DNA of 47,865 nucleotides, taken from the NCBI GenBank assembly GCA_025359635.1, contig JANYFV010000196.1:1-47865 (forward strand). Direction: 5' to 3'. Within the stretch, counting starts at the first letter, position 1. Each line of letters begins with the position of its first letter. The translations under genes were made by a program, and so were the position numbers. The notes beneath the pieces were generated by a model. That model was not told the origin of the DNA, did no database searches, and was given only the letters and a program-made list of their open reading frames with translations. The DNA is from Undibacterium sp. Its GTDB lineage: Bacteria > Pseudomonadota > Gammaproteobacteria > Burkholderiales > Burkholderiaceae_D. Below are positions 25,661 through 36,400 of the stretch, in pieces.

Positions 25661-28600
25661 TTAGTGTAAGGTTTTATGCAGTCCTTGTAAATCATAGACA
25701 TGCAATTCATTCAGGTGGCGCATACCTTCTACGGCTGCTTCTGCTCCAGCGATAGTCGTATACGTCACCGCACCAGCTGCCAGAGACGAAACCCGAATAG
25801 CACGAGAATCGTTGATGGCATTACGCTTTTCTTCGACGGTGTTGATCACCATGGCAATCTCGCGATTTTTGATGATATCAACAACGTGCGGTCGGCCTTC
25901 TGCAACTTTGTTAATTGTTGCACATGGAATTCCTGCAGCGACTATTGCCGCAGCCGTCCCTTTAGTCCCAACTAATCCAAAGCCCATGCTCAACAAATCT
26001 TGAGCAATTTTCACTGCGCGTGGTTTATCTGCGGCTTTCACACTCAAGAAGACTTTACCTGATTTTGGTAGTTTGATGCTTGCACCGAGTTGCGATTTAA
26101 CGAAAGCCTCGCCAAAAGTTTTCCCGACACCCATAACTTCACCAGTCGACTTCATCTCAGGACCAAGAATTGTATCAACACCGGGAAACTTTACAAATGG
26201 GAATACGGCTTCCTTCACACTAAAGTATGAAGGCACTACCTCGTTTAGTATTCCTTGAGAATCCAAAGACTGACCGACCATGCAACGTGCAGCAATTTTA
26301 GCCAGTTGCAGACCGGTTACCTTCGAAACAAACGGGACAGTACGTGATGCGCGCGGATTCACTTCAAGAACGAAAACAACATCTTTCCCATCTTGCTGCT
26401 GTATCGCAAATTGCACATTCATTAAACCAACTACGTTCAAACCTTTTGCCATCAATGAGGTTTGTCGCTTTAACTCTGCGATCGTCTCTTGCTTGAGAGA
26501 ATACGGTGGCAATGAACAGGCTGAATCACCGGAGTGAACCCCAGCCTGTTCAATATGTTCCATGACACCACCGATAAACGTGCGCTGCCCATCCGACAAA
26601 CAATCGACGTCGACTTCAATCGCATCATTTAGAAACCGATCAAGCAAGACCGGTGAATCATGCGAAACTTTAACTGCTTCACGCATATATCGTTCGAGAT
26701 CACGACGCTCATGCACGATTTCCATCGCACGCCCACCTAAGACATAGGAAGGACGAACCACCAATGGGTAGCCGATTTCTTCAGCCAACTCGAGAGCATC
26801 AGCTTCAGTACGAGCAGTACGATTTGGCGGTTGACGCAAGCCTAATTCATGCAGCATTTTTTGGAAACGTTCACGATCTTCAGCGGCATCGATCATGTCT
26901 GGCGAGGTACCGATAATAGGCACGCCATTCGCTTCCAACTCAAGCGCAAGCTTCAAAGGAGTTTGCCCACCGTATTGCACAATCACGCCGACAGGTTTTT
27001 CTTTATCGACGATTTCGAGCACGTCTTCCAGCGTTAGCGGCTCAAAATACAGACGGTCCGAAGTATCGTAATCTGTCGAAACCGTTTCAGGATTGCAGTT
27101 AACCATGATGGTTTCATAGCCATCTTCACGCATTGCAAAAGCAGCATGGACACAGCAATAATCAAATTCAATACCTTGGCCAATACGATTAGGTCCGCCG
27201 CCCAGCACCATGATTTTTTTCTTATCAGTTGGTGCTGATTCGCATTCTTCCTCATAGGTTGAATACATATAGGCAGTTTTAGTTGCGAACTCACCCGCGC
27301 AAGTATCAACGCGTTTGTACACCGGGCGCACATTTAATGCACGCCGCTGATTACGCACGGCGGTATCAGTCGTTTTCAACAGTTTGGCGAGGCGTCGATC
27401 GGCAAAACCTTTTTGCTTTAACTTGAGCAAAACTTCTTTATCGATCATATCGAGAGTTTGCGTATCGAGCCACAATTCGATATCGATAATGTCTTTGATC
27501 TGCGCCAGAAACCAAGGATCAATATGCGTCAACTTATGCACTTCCTCCAAAGTAAATCCATGGGCGAAAGCGTCACCAACATACCAAATGCGATCTGGGC
27601 CTGGCTCACCCAATTCTTTTTCCAAAATCTCACGATCCTGAGTTTTTTCGTTCATGCCATCAACGCCAACTTCCAAGCCGCGCAAAGCTTTCTGGAACGA
27701 CTCTTGAAAGGTGCGGCCAATCGCCATGACTTCGCCCACAGATTTCATTTGTGTGGTGAGGCGATTGTCAGCTTGCGGAAATTTTTCGAAAGTAAATCGA
27801 GGAATTTTTGTAACTACGTAATCAATTGAAGGCTCAAACGATGCCGGTGTAGCACCGCCGGTAATATCATTGCGCAATTCATCCAGGGTAAAACCCACGG
27901 CCAGTTTCGCGGCAATTTTTGCGATTGGAAAACCGGTAGCTTTAGAAGCCAAAGCGGAAGAACGCGAGACCCGTGGATTCATCTCGATGACGATCATGCG
28001 TCCGTCAAGCGGATTGATGGAGAACTGCACGTTGGAGCCACCAGTATCCACACCAATTTCACGCAACACTGCCAACGAGGCATTGCGCATGATCTGATAT
28101 TCTTTATCAGTCAGCGTTTGCGCCGGCGCTACTGTAATTGAATCACCGGTGTGCACGCCCATAGGATCTAGGTTTTCGATAGAACAGACGATAATGCAGT
28201 TGTCCGCTTTATCGCGCACCACTTCCATTTCATACTCTTTCCAGCCGATCAAAGATTCCTCAATCAACAACTCACTGGTCGGCGATGCTTCCAGGCCGCG
28301 TTTGCAAATCGTTTCGAATTCTTCTTCGTTATAGGCAATTCCGCCACCGGTGCCGCCCATGGTAAATGAGGGGCGAATAATCGTCGGGAAGCCCAGTGTT
28401 TTTTGCACTGCCCAAGATTCATCCATGGTATGCGCCACACCAGAACGGGCAGAACCCAGCCCGATCTTGGTCATTGCATCTTTAAATTTGGAACGGTCTT
28501 CTGCCTTATCAATTGCTTCTGGAGAAGCGCCGATTAACTCGCACTTATACTTCTCTAAGATTCCGTGTTTATGCAAATCCAAAGCGCAATTGAGTGCAGT

Positions 28601-28879
28601 CTGCCCACCCATCGTCGGCAAGATAGCATCCGGACGCTCTTTGTCGATAATGCGTTCAACTACTTGCCACGTAATCGGCTCGATGTAGGTCACATCGGCC
28701 ATTTCCGGATCGGTCATGATCGTGGCCGGATTACTATTGACCAGAATAACTCTATAGCCCTCTTCGCGCAGTGCCTTACATGCCTGTGCGCCAGAATAAT
28801 CAAACTCACATGCCTGGCCAATGATGATGGGGCCAGCACCAATAATCAGAATACTTTTTATATCAATACGTTTAGGCAT
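25661..28879 (-). CDS. carB: Carbamoyl-phosphate synthase large subunit
   Basis: [30 protein letters not shown]; duplicated ATP-grasp halves; C-terminal MGS-like domain; 1072 aa. Confidence 0.99.
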   Translation of the reverse strand: MPKRIDIKSILIIGAGPIIIGQACEFDYSGAQACKALREEGYRVILVNSNPATIMTDPEMADVTYIEPITWQVVERIIDKERPDAILPTMGGQTALNCALDLHKHGILEKYKCELIGASPEAIDKAEDRSKFKDAMTKIGLGSARSGVAHTMDESWAVQKTLGFPTIIRPSFTMGGTGGGIAYNEEEFETICKRGLEASPTSELLIEESLIGWKEYEMEVVRDKADNCIIVCSIENLDPMGVHTGDSITVAPAQTLTDKEYQIMRNASLAVLREIGVDTGGSNVQFSINPLDGRMIVIEMNPRVSRSSALASKATGFPIAKIAAKLAVGFTLDELRNDITGGATPASFEPSIDYVVTKIPRFTFEKFPQADNRLTTQMKSVGEVMAIGRTFQESFQKALRGLEVGVDGMNEKTQDREILEKELGEPGPDRIWYVGDAFAHGFTLEEVHKLTHIDPWFLAQIKDIIDIELWLDTQTLDMIDKEVLLKLKQKGFADRRLAKLLKTTDTAVRNQRRALNVRPVYKRVDTCAGEFATKTAYMYSTYEEECESAPTDKKKIMVLGGGPNRIGQGIEFDYCCVHAAFAMREDGYETIMVNCNPETVSTDYDTSDRLYFEPLTLEDVLEIVDKEKPVGVIVQYGGQTPLKLALELEANGVPIIGTSPDMIDAAEDRERFQKMLHELGLRQPPNRTARTEADALELAEEIGYPLVVRPSYVLGGRAMEIVHERRDLERYMREAVKVSHDSPVLLDRFLNDAIEVDVDCLSDGQRTFIGGVMEHIEQAGVHSGDSACSLPPYSLKQETIAELKRQTSLMAKGLNVVGLMNVQFAIQQQDGKDVVFVLEVNPRASRTVPFVSKVTGLQLAKIAARCMVGQSLDSQGILNEVVPSYFSVKEAVFPFVKFPGVDTILGPEMKSTGEVMGVGKTFGEAFVKSQLGASIKLPKSGKVFLSVKAADKPRAVKIAQDLLSMGFGLVGTKGTAAAIVAAGIPCATINKVAEGRPHVVDIIKNREIAMVINTVEEKRNAINDSRAIRVSSLAAGAVTYTTIAGAEAAVEGMRHLNELHVYDLQGLHKTLH
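25663..25691 (-). promoter_or_regulatory. Putative sigma70 promoter for greA within the last codons of carB
   Basis: Minus strand TTTACA (25691-25686)-N17-TACACT (25668-25663). Confidence 0.55.
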
Positions 28880-28880
28880 T

Positions 28881-30047
28881 TTAATTTTTCTCCATCTTTG
28901 CCTGAGCCATCAATGTGGTAAAGCGGTCAAACAGGTAGGCGATATCGTGCGGACCTGGCGATGCTTCCGGATGACCTTGAAAACAAAATGCTGGTTTGTC
29001 TGTGCGCGCAAAACCCTGCAAAGAGCCATCAAATAGCGAAACATGTGTTACCCGGCAATTGGCTGGCAGAGTTGCACCATCAACCGCGAAACCATGATTT
29101 TGCGACGTGATTAATACTTGCTTGCTATCGAGATCTTGCACCGGATGATTCGCACCATGATGGCCGAATTTCATCTTTAAAGTTTTAGCACCAGAAGCTA
29201 AAGCCATAATTTGATGGCCGAGACAAATACCAAAAGTAGGAATACCTTTTTCAATCAACTCTTTTGTCGCAGCGATTGCATAATCACAAGGCTCCGGATC
29301 ACCAGGACCATTCGACAAAAAGACACCATCCGGATTCAGCGCCAATACATCGGCCGCTGTCGATTGCGCTGGAAGCACGGTGACCTTGCATCCTCGTTGC
29401 GCCAGCATACGCAAGATATTGCGCTTGACACCAAAATCGAAAGCCACGACATGAAACTTCGGATTGGATAAGACACCATAGCCTTTGCCCAAAGTCCATT
29501 CAGTTTCAGTCCATTCGTAGACTTTTTTAACTGAAACGACTTTAGCCAAATCCATCCCGGAAAGACCAGGAAATGACTTTGCCAATGCGATCGCTTTTGC
29601 CGCATCAGCGCCAACCAGAATGGCGCCGCCCTGAGCACCTTTTTCGCGCAAGATACGTGTCAATTTTCTGGTGTCTATGCCTGCGATCGCAACAATATTT
29701 TGCGATTTCAAATAATCAGACAAAGATTGTTCAGATCGGAAATTCGACAGCAAAAGCGGCAGATCTTTAATAATTAAACCCGCTGCGTGAATTTTATCGG
29801 ACTCAACATCCTCAGAATTCACACCAGTATTGCCAATGTGGGGATAGGTCAAAGTCACGATTTGTGAGTTATAACTAGGGTCAGTTAAAATTTCCTGATA
29901 CCCGGTCATGGAAGTGTTAAAAACAACTTCGCCGATGGTGTGTCCTGTAGCGCCTATAGACACCCCGGTGAATATCGTGCCATCAGCGAGGGCAAGAATA
30001 GCGGTGGCATCTTGGTTGGGACGTAAAGACTGCGGAATGGGCAGCAA
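28881..30047 (-). CDS. carA: Carbamoyl-phosphate synthase small subunit
   Basis: Motifs [33 protein letters not shown]. Start placed at TTG 30047, 6 nt after AGGAG; the ORF-track start is 30053. Confidence 0.98.
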   Translation of the reverse strand: MLPIPQSLRPNQDATAILALADGTIFTGVSIGATGHTIGEVVFNTSMTGYQEILTDPSYNSQIVTLTYPHIGNTGVNSEDVESDKIHAAGLIIKDLPLLLSNFRSEQSLSDYLKSQNIVAIAGIDTRKLTRILREKGAQGGAILVGADAAKAIALAKSFPGLSGMDLAKVVSVKKVYEWTETEWTLGKGYGVLSNPKFHVVAFDFGVKRNILRMLAQRGCKVTVLPAQSTAADVLALNPDGVFLSNGPGDPEPCDYAIAATKELIEKGIPTFGICLGHQIMALASGAKTLKMKFGHHGANHPVQDLDSKQVLITSQNHGFAVDGATLPANCRVTHVSLFDGSLQGFARTDKPAFCFQGHPEASPGPHDIAYLFDRFTTLMAQAKMEKN

Positions 30048-30059
30048 GGGCAACTCCTA

Positions 30060-30190
30060 TAATGTTACCGCCGCTGCGCCGCACAAGTATGATCGTAGCA
30101 AGTGTCACCCAGAGAAATCGAGGGCAACAAGAACGATCAAATGAGAGTGTGAATTAGGTATGCGCTACGACGAGATTTGAATTAGCTAAA
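30060..30190 (-). promoter_or_regulatory. Structured carA 5' leader (candidate cis-regulatory RNA)
   Basis: Pairings TCGTAGC/GCTACGA and GTTGCCC/GGGTGAC, plus a possible pseudoknot GCATA/TGTGC, between the promoter and the SD. Confidence 0.55.
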
Positions 30191-30197
30191 CCCTTGA

Positions 30198-30226
30198 ATT
30201 ATAGCGCAAAACCACCCTTCAAGCAA
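30198..30226 (-). promoter_or_regulatory. Putative sigma70 promoter of carAB
   Basis: Minus strand TTGCTT-N17-TATAAT. Confidence 0.7.
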
Positions 30227-30283
30227 TCGCCCTCACCAGAGAAAAGCGAACTTAAGGAAAAACTTTATGTCAATTTTGCTTGC

Positions 30284-30691
30284 CTACACAACCAAAGCGG
30301 CAATACCAGCCTTGGCAATCTGAGCATCTTCCGAAGATTTAACGCCAGAAACCCCCACAGCCCCTACACATTGGCCGTTAACCATAATAGGCACTCCGCC
30401 TTCCAACATCCCCTCTAGCAAAGGCGCACTAAGAAATGAATACCGGCCGTTATTAATAATATCTTCATACACTTTTGATTCACGTCGCCCAAGCGCGGCA
30501 GTGGCAGCCTTGGCTGGCGCAATATGAGAAGAAATAGGTGCGACACCGTCAAGACGTTGCAACCACATCAGATGCCCACCATCATCAACGATGGCAATAA
30601 CTACCGCCCAACCATTGACCTTCGCCTCAGCCTCAGCAGCGGCTGCAATTACTTTTACATCATCCAACGTCAATACCAATTTAGTTTGCAT
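30284..30691 (-). CDS. GlcG/HbpS-family heme-binding protein
   Basis: Motifs AIVDDGGHL..LQRLDG, AKAATAA, GGVPIMVNGQCVGAVGVSG...EDAQIA. Start placed at ATG 30691 after GGAG. Confidence 0.88.
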   Translation of the reverse strand: MQTKLVLTLDDVKVIAAAAEAEAKVNGWAVVIAIVDDGGHLMWLQRLDGVAPISSHIAPAKAATAALGRRESKVYEDIINNGRYSFLSAPLLEGMLEGGVPIMVNGQCVGAVGVSGVKSSEDAQIAKAGIAALVV

Positions 30692-30856
30692 AATATGCTC
30701 CAGTTTAAAGATGGATGATTGTACGGGAAGCATATTAAGTATACAAAGCAAAAATCACCATGCTTTAAAAATTACTAAAAAAGCAATTAAAATCCCAAAG
30801 TTTACATTATTCAAAAGATCGCTTACATTAGTCCAGTTTTCAAATCAGGTGCACCA

Positions 30857-31432
30857 ATGCAAAAAAAGGGTTTTAGATTTTCTAACAATGTTAAATTTAT
30901 CATTACGGTAATTTTGCTTCAGGCCGCGATCAGCAATCAATGCCGGGCAGCAGAAAACCCAACTCCAGAGCCATCGGCAGCACTCATCAAACTTCAAGAA
31001 TTACGTAACCGCGCCTCAGATCTAACAGTAAAAGCAATGGACATGCTAGGTATACGCTACAAGCGTGGCGGAAGCACCCCAGAAAATGGCTTGGATTGCA
31101 GTGGATTTGTGCGATACGTATTTAAGGATGCAGTCGGCGCCGAACTCCCCCGAACTTCAAATGAAATAAGTAAAGTTGGCGAAAATATCCAGACCAAAGA
31201 TTTGCAGCCTGGCGATCTGGTTTTTTACAATACGCTGCGCAGGGGATTCTCGCATGTCGGAATTTATTTAGGCGACAATAAATTCATACACTCACCTTCT
31301 GCCGGCGGACAGGTGCGCATAGAAAGCATGGACATCGGCTATTGGAAAAAGCGCTTTAACGGAGCGCGAAGAATCAATGAAGAGCAAAAAGCAGTGCCTG
31401 CGATTCAAGCAACACTGAAAACAGTGAATTAA
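30857..31432 (+). CDS. NlpC/P60 (C40) cell-wall peptidase
   Basis: Signal peptide; motifs YKRGG, DCSGFV, LQPGDLVF, SHVGIY, FIHS. Confidence 0.93.
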   Translation: MQKKGFRFSNNVKFIITVILLQAAISNQCRAAENPTPEPSAALIKLQELRNRASDLTVKAMDMLGIRYKRGGSTPENGLDCSGFVRYVFKDAVGAELPRTSNEISKVGENIQTKDLQPGDLVFYNTLRRGFSHVGIYLGDNKFIHSPSAGGQVRIESMDIGYWKKRFNGARRINEEQKAVPAIQATLKTVN

Positions 31433-31441
31433 CCCTGCTAA

Positions 31442-32386
31442 TTAACGCTCCTGTAAACTACGAATTTTTTGTTTAAGCTCAGGCATGATAGCCATCGCAG
31501 CACGCTCACCAGCAAGAATAGCAAGGTTACGACCGGCAAAATCACTTCCCTTCATTCCCGGCAAATCTGGCTTAATCACAATATCAGCCGTTTTCAATTC
31601 AAAATAATTCAAACTCTGCCCCATAATAGTAAAAGTTTGCATGAGCACCTCAAGCGAACTTGAAGCAGCCTGCGCGTCAGGCTGACTTGAAATATTCACG
31701 GCAATGACGAGATCAGCCCCCATCTCCCGAACATATCTTACGGGCACAGGGGACACCAAACCACCGTCAACATACAGATGCTCATTGATTTTTACTGGTT
31801 GAAACAATCCCGGCACCGCAGATGATGCCCTTACCGCCAAGCCAGTATTTCCCCTTTGAAATAGCACTGGCAAACCAGAATTTAGATCCGTTGCAACTGC
31901 ACCAAATGGTTTTTTTAATTTTTCAATTGGTACTTGCAATACCATTTTGTTGACATAGGCTTGCAGGGCCTCACCCTTTAACACACCGCTGGATTTCGCA
32001 AAAAACGGCAATGACCAATCCGAAATCGTCGCCTCATCCATTTCCAGCGCCATCTTCTGCAAAGCGAATCCATTATTACCCGCCGCATACATAGCACCGA
32101 CCACACTACCGGCACTAGTACCAACGATTACATCCGCAATAATTCCCTGTGATTCCAATGCCTTTATCACACCAATGTGTGCAAAACCACGCGCGGCACC
32201 ACCACCCAAGGCCAGCCCAATTCGAACAGGCCTCAAAACTTTTGCCACTGGCACGACGATTTGCGGTGTTATTGCGACCGGCAACTGAACCGGCGGAGCA
32301 ACACTGGTACACGCATTCAAAATGAAAACACTGGCAAAAGTTAGCTTAAAGAGTTTTTTTAAGCGAAGAAAAGATAATTCAGGCAT
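31442..32386 (-). CDS. Patatin-like phospholipase, probable lipoprotein
   Basis: Lipobox-like ILNAC; motifs GGGAARG, GTSAG, DGG. Confidence 0.92.
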   Translation of the reverse strand: MPELSFLRLKKLFKLTFASVFILNACTSVAPPVQLPVAITPQIVVPVAKVLRPVRIGLALGGGAARGFAHIGVIKALESQGIIADVIVGTSAGSVVGAMYAAGNNGFALQKMALEMDEATISDWSLPFFAKSSGVLKGEALQAYVNKMVLQVPIEKLKKPFGAVATDLNSGLPVLFQRGNTGLAVRASSAVPGLFQPVKINEHLYVDGGLVSPVPVRYVREMGADLVIAVNISSQPDAQAASSSLEVLMQTFTIMGQSLNYFELKTADIVIKPDLPGMKGSDFAGRNLAILAGERAAMAIMPELKQKIRSLQER

Positions 32387-32516
32387 GAAGAGTGCTTTGG
32401 CTGAAAAAATAAATAGAGTGGAACCATCTTGGCGATATACATCGCAAGAAGATCAAAATGAGAAACAATTTGGAATGAACCACAGATGAGTGCCTATGCA
32501 ATACAAAGGCAAAAAT

Positions 32517-32606
32517 TGGCGGAAGCGGTGAGATTCGAACTCACGAAGGACTCTCATCCTCGCTAGTTTTCAAGACTAGTGCCTTCAACCGCTCGGCCAC
32601 ACTTCC
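32517..32606 (-). tRNA. tRNA-Ser (anticodon TGA)
   Basis: GGAAGTG-TGGCCGAGCGGTTGAAGGCA-CTAGT-CTTGAAA-ACTAG, long variable arm, GTGAG-TTCGAAT-CTCAC-CGCTTCC-GCCA; 90 nt. Confidence 0.97.
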
Positions 32607-32789
32607 GTACCAGGTACAACAGATAAAAGAGAGGCTTAAAAATACACAAGCGCCTCTTCAAGCCCGCTATTATACCCACTATTTTGAGAATTAAAATAGA
32701 AATAAAATAAATTCATGTGAATATTTTTATCGAAGCCAACAAAGAGCAATACGATTTACATTCCTTGCTAACAAATTACGGCAAATTAC

Positions 32790-34049
32790 TTATTCGCTCT
32801 CAAGAAACAATTGCTGCAAATCGTTTAAAAAACGCCTCCCCAAGATGGTCGGCCGGATTATTTTATGATCCCTTTCTATCAAACCTTTTTTCTCAGCAAT
32901 GATGAGTGGCTTTTCCAGGGAACTGAGCAATAGACCGGTACGATCATTAAATAGATTTACCTCAAAACCTTGATTCAGACGCAAGGCATTGAGCATAAAT
33001 TCGAAGCCGATTTCGTTTCGGGGGATTTCTGTAGACTCTTGAACTGCAGCACCGCGCAAACTTTCTTCCATGTAGGTTTTAGGCTGCTTGTAACGCGCTT
33101 GACGAACGATACGATGCGGGAAAGACAATTTGGAGTGTGCGCCTGCACCAATACCAAGATAGTCGCCAAAATTCCAATAGTTCAAATTGTGCCTGGCTTC
33201 ACGACCTCGCTTGGCATAGGCCGAGACTTCGTAGTTCCCATATTGCGCCTGCAGCATCCGAGCTTGAATTTCATCTTGCATCTCTGCACTTAAATCATCA
33301 TCAGGAATAACAGGTGGGTATTTTGCGAAATAGGTGTTTGGCTCCAGCGTCAAATGATACAAGGACAAGTGTTGTGGCGCGAATTGAATAGCCGTGTCAA
33401 CATCGCGCTTCGCTTCTTCCAAGGTTTGACCTGGCAAAGCAAACATTAGGTCGAGATTGATATTATCAAAATATTTTTGCGCGATATCAATCGCTCTTGA
33501 TGCCTCATCACCATCATGAATACGCCCTAGCGCTTGCAGATGCTGCGAATTAAAACTTTGTATACCAATTGATAGGCGATTGATACCGCTAGCATGAAAA
33601 GAGCGAAATTTTTCAGTCTCAAACGTACCAGGATTGGCCTCCATGGTTATTTCAGCATTTCCATCAATCGGAAGCAAAGTTCTGACGTCAGACAGCATTC
33701 GATCTAGCCCTGCTGCCGACATTAAGCTGGGTGTACCGCCACCGATAAAAATGGTATAAATTTTACGCCCCCATACCAGAGGGAGGGCAGCCTCAAGATC
33801 GGCGCGCAATGCAGACAAATACAGGTCTTCATCGAAACTTGTTTTTACTTCATGCGAATTAAAATCGCAATAAGGACATTTTCTGACGCACCAGGGAAAA
33901 TGAATATACAAAGACAGCGGTGGCAAAGCGCTTAAATTTAAGCTGCCGGATCTTAGATAGTGATCGGCAACCTGTTGCGGAATCTCTGAAAGTGATCTGC
34001 CATCACCAGGATTTTCAAAGTTCGTCACTGGCTTAATCGGAATGATCAT
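32790..34049 (-). CDS. hemW: Radical SAM heme chaperone HemW
   Basis: Motifs LYIHFPWCVRKCPYCDFN, GGGTPS, EANP, YEVSAY, HNLNYW; follows rdgB. Confidence 0.93.
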   Translation of the reverse strand: MIIPIKPVTNFENPGDGRSLSEIPQQVADHYLRSGSLNLSALPPLSLYIHFPWCVRKCPYCDFNSHEVKTSFDEDLYLSALRADLEAALPLVWGRKIYTIFIGGGTPSLMSAAGLDRMLSDVRTLLPIDGNAEITMEANPGTFETEKFRSFHASGINRLSIGIQSFNSQHLQALGRIHDGDEASRAIDIAQKYFDNINLDLMFALPGQTLEEAKRDVDTAIQFAPQHLSLYHLTLEPNTYFAKYPPVIPDDDLSAEMQDEIQARMLQAQYGNYEVSAYAKRGREARHNLNYWNFGDYLGIGAGAHSKLSFPHRIVRQARYKQPKTYMEESLRGAAVQESTEIPRNEIGFEFMLNALRLNQGFEVNLFNDRTGLLLSSLEKPLIIAEKKGLIERDHKIIRPTILGRRFLNDLQQLFLESE

Positions 34050-34627
34050 AATTTTTCAAGCAAAGAGCGCAATGCTTGACCACGGTGCGACAAACTATTT
34101 TTCAACTCAGGCGATAATTCGGCCGCGGTTTTTCCCATTGAAGGTATGAAAAAGTAAGGGTCGTATCCGAACCCATATTCACCACGCGGTGTCGATATAA
34201 TTTCGCCGATCCAGCGGCCATCAGCAATGATAGGCTGCGGGTCAAATTCGGAGCGCACGTACACTAAAACACAGTAGTAATACGCGGATCGATCCTGCTG
34301 CTCTTCAAGATTACTAACCAATTCTTGATTATTTCTGCTGTCCGATTTTGGTTCGCCTGCATATCGCGCAGAGAACACGCCCGGCGCTCCATGAAGTGCA
34401 TTAACGCACAGCCCGGAATCATCGGCCAGGGCGGGCAAACCTGTCAAACGTGCGGCGTGCCGCGCTTTCGCCAGAGCATTTTCAACAAAGGTCAGAAAGG
34501 GCTCATCCGCCTCTGGCACGTCAAATTCCGATTGCACATGCAAGCTTATATTGAGCGGCGCCAAAATTTGGCTAAACTCCCTTAATTTTCCTTGATTGTT
34601 TGACGCCAATACAATTTTCCGCATCAT
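34046..34627 (-). CDS. rdgB: Non-canonical purine NTP pyrophosphatase
   Basis: Motifs [32 protein letters not shown]. Confidence 0.96.
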   Translation of the reverse strand: MMRKIVLASNNQGKLREFSQILAPLNISLHVQSEFDVPEADEPFLTFVENALAKARHAARLTGLPALADDSGLCVNALHGAPGVFSARYAGEPKSDSRNNQELVSNLEEQQDRSAYYYCVLVYVRSEFDPQPIIADGRWIGEIISTPRGEYGFGYDPYFFIPSMGKTAAELSPELKNSLSHRGQALRSLLEKL

Positions 34628-35367
34628 ACTATTGGCAATCCTAACACTTGTTTTTGCAAAATAATGAGATCAGCAATGCCGGTTGAAGCTAGCTCCAGCA
34701 AAGAATTAAGTGTAGCGCGATCAAATGCAACGCCTTCGGCTGTGCCTTGCACTTCTATAAAGTGCCCGGTTTCTGTCATCACCACGTTCATATCGGTATC
34801 ACAGTTGGAATCTTCCAGATAATCCAAATCAAGCACAGGCGAACCTTGATAGACACCAACCGAAATAGCTGCCACAAAGTGTTTCAGTGGAATCTTGGAA
34901 ATCACTCCACGCTCTAGCAATTTTGAAAACGCATCATAGGCCGCCACCATTGCACCGGAAATAGCCGCAGTTCGAGTCCCGCCATCGGCTTGAATAACAT
35001 CGCAATCGATATGCAAAGTGCGCTCACCAAACGCCTCCAAATCAAAAGCAGCGCGCAGAGAGCGGCCAATCAGTCTCTGGATTTCTTGAGTACGTCCCGA
35101 CTGCTTTCCCTTGGCTGCTTCTCTATCCATCCGGGTATGCGTGGAGCGTGGCAACATACCATATTCGGCGGTCAACCACCCCTGTCCCTTACCTTTAAGA
35201 AAACCCGGCACCTTATCTTCAATACTGGCGGTGCAAATTACTTTAGTATCACCAAATTCAATTAACACGGAACCTTCCGCATGTTTGGTGAAATCACGAT
35301 TGATTACTACGGGGCGCAGAGCATTTGCAACACGCCCACTAGGGCGGAGAAATTGGGACATAGTCAT
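34624..35367 (-). CDS. rph: Ribonuclease PH
   Basis: Motifs [43 protein letters not shown]; start could be 35361. Confidence 0.97.
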   Translation of the reverse strand: MTMSQFLRPSGRVANALRPVVINRDFTKHAEGSVLIEFGDTKVICTASIEDKVPGFLKGKGQGWLTAEYGMLPRSTHTRMDREAAKGKQSGRTQEIQRLIGRSLRAAFDLEAFGERTLHIDCDVIQADGGTRTAAISGAMVAAYDAFSKLLERGVISKIPLKHFVAAISVGVYQGSPVLDLDYLEDSNCDTDMNVVMTETGHFIEVQGTAEGVAFDRATLNSLLELASTGIADLIILQKQVLGLPIV

Positions 35368-35408
35368 TAATATTTAGTTGTTAGTTACTGCTTGTTAGGT
35401 TTTACTAG

Positions 35409-36344
35409 CTAATTTTTACTTGAGATACGAGATGATTTATGGATGGCATTACGGATTTCATCGATGGCTTTTTCAATTTCTGCATCGTTGAACACATCAC
35501 TTTCCATGGCCTCTGTATCGGCCGAATAAGGCGCCTGGATCGTCGTGGTGATAGAGCCGATAGGCAAGGTATTGGTCGAGATAATAGTTGTATCTTCAAG
35601 CCTGTCTTCACCCTCCCACATCATGGCAAGCGCAGTGACGTTATCACTATTTTTACCTGCGATATCGATCGCAGAATGAATTAGCTCAGGAATAGCTCGC
35701 ACTATTGTATGGTCATGTAAACTCTGCGCTAGCATATGATCTGGCAAAACGCCCCAGAGTCCATCAGAGCATAACAAGATCAAATCACCAGCCTGCAACG
35801 ACACCCTGCGTGATAACTCAACGATCGGTGCATTCGGCGCACCCAGGCAATTGAACAACTTATTTCTATCTGGGTGCGTATGTCGCTCTGAAGGATCGAC
35901 CTTACCTTGCGCGATCAGGGTTTCCAGGCGCGAATGATCTTTGGTGCGTAATAAGACTTGGCCTTGGCGCATCCAATACAGGCGAGAATCGCCGCAATGC
36001 GCCCAGTAAGCATTGCCGTTTTGGATCAGGCACGCAACAATAGTTGTACGTGGCGTTTCTGGTAAATTATTCGTGATGCGATAACGATGAATCTCGTTAT
36101 GCGCCGCCAAAAAACTCTCTTCCAAAAACCGTTCAGGTCGGCCTATCATTGGTAGCGCTTGTTTTTGGAACAAATTACCGATTGTTTGCATGGCAATTGC
36201 TGCAGCCATATCGCCAAGGATATGTCCACCCATGCCATCTGCAAGTAAAAGCAAAATCGTATCCCGGGTAAAACTGTAACCCATACGATCTTGATTGACC
36301 TTGCGGCCACCGATATGACTTTCTTGATAAACTGAGAATCGCAT
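35409..36344 (-). CDS. PP2C/PPM-family Ser/Thr protein phosphatase
   Basis: Motifs GGRKVNQD, LADGMGGH, HCGDSRLY, TKDHS, CSDGLW, DNVT. Confidence 0.93.
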   Translation of the reverse strand: MRFSVYQESHIGGRKVNQDRMGYSFTRDTILLLLADGMGGHILGDMAAAIAMQTIGNLFQKQALPMIGRPERFLEESFLAAHNEIHRYRITNNLPETPRTTIVACLIQNGNAYWAHCGDSRLYWMRQGQVLLRTKDHSRLETLIAQGKVDPSERHTHPDRNKLFNCLGAPNAPIVELSRRVSLQAGDLILLCSDGLWGVLPDHMLAQSLHDHTIVRAIPELIHSAIDIAGKNSDNVTALAMMWEGEDRLEDTTIISTNTLPIGSITTTIQAPYSADTEAMESDVFNDAEIEKAIDEIRNAIHKSSRISSKN

Positions 36345-36400
36345 TAAATAGGGTATTTCAATAAAAAAACAGTGCAGTGATGATGCTCATTCACCGGGCT

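Noticed and set aside
32387-32516. tRNA-Ser 3' flank as a second integration site
   Set aside because: No integrase, direct repeat or composition change; it is followed by ordinary genes.
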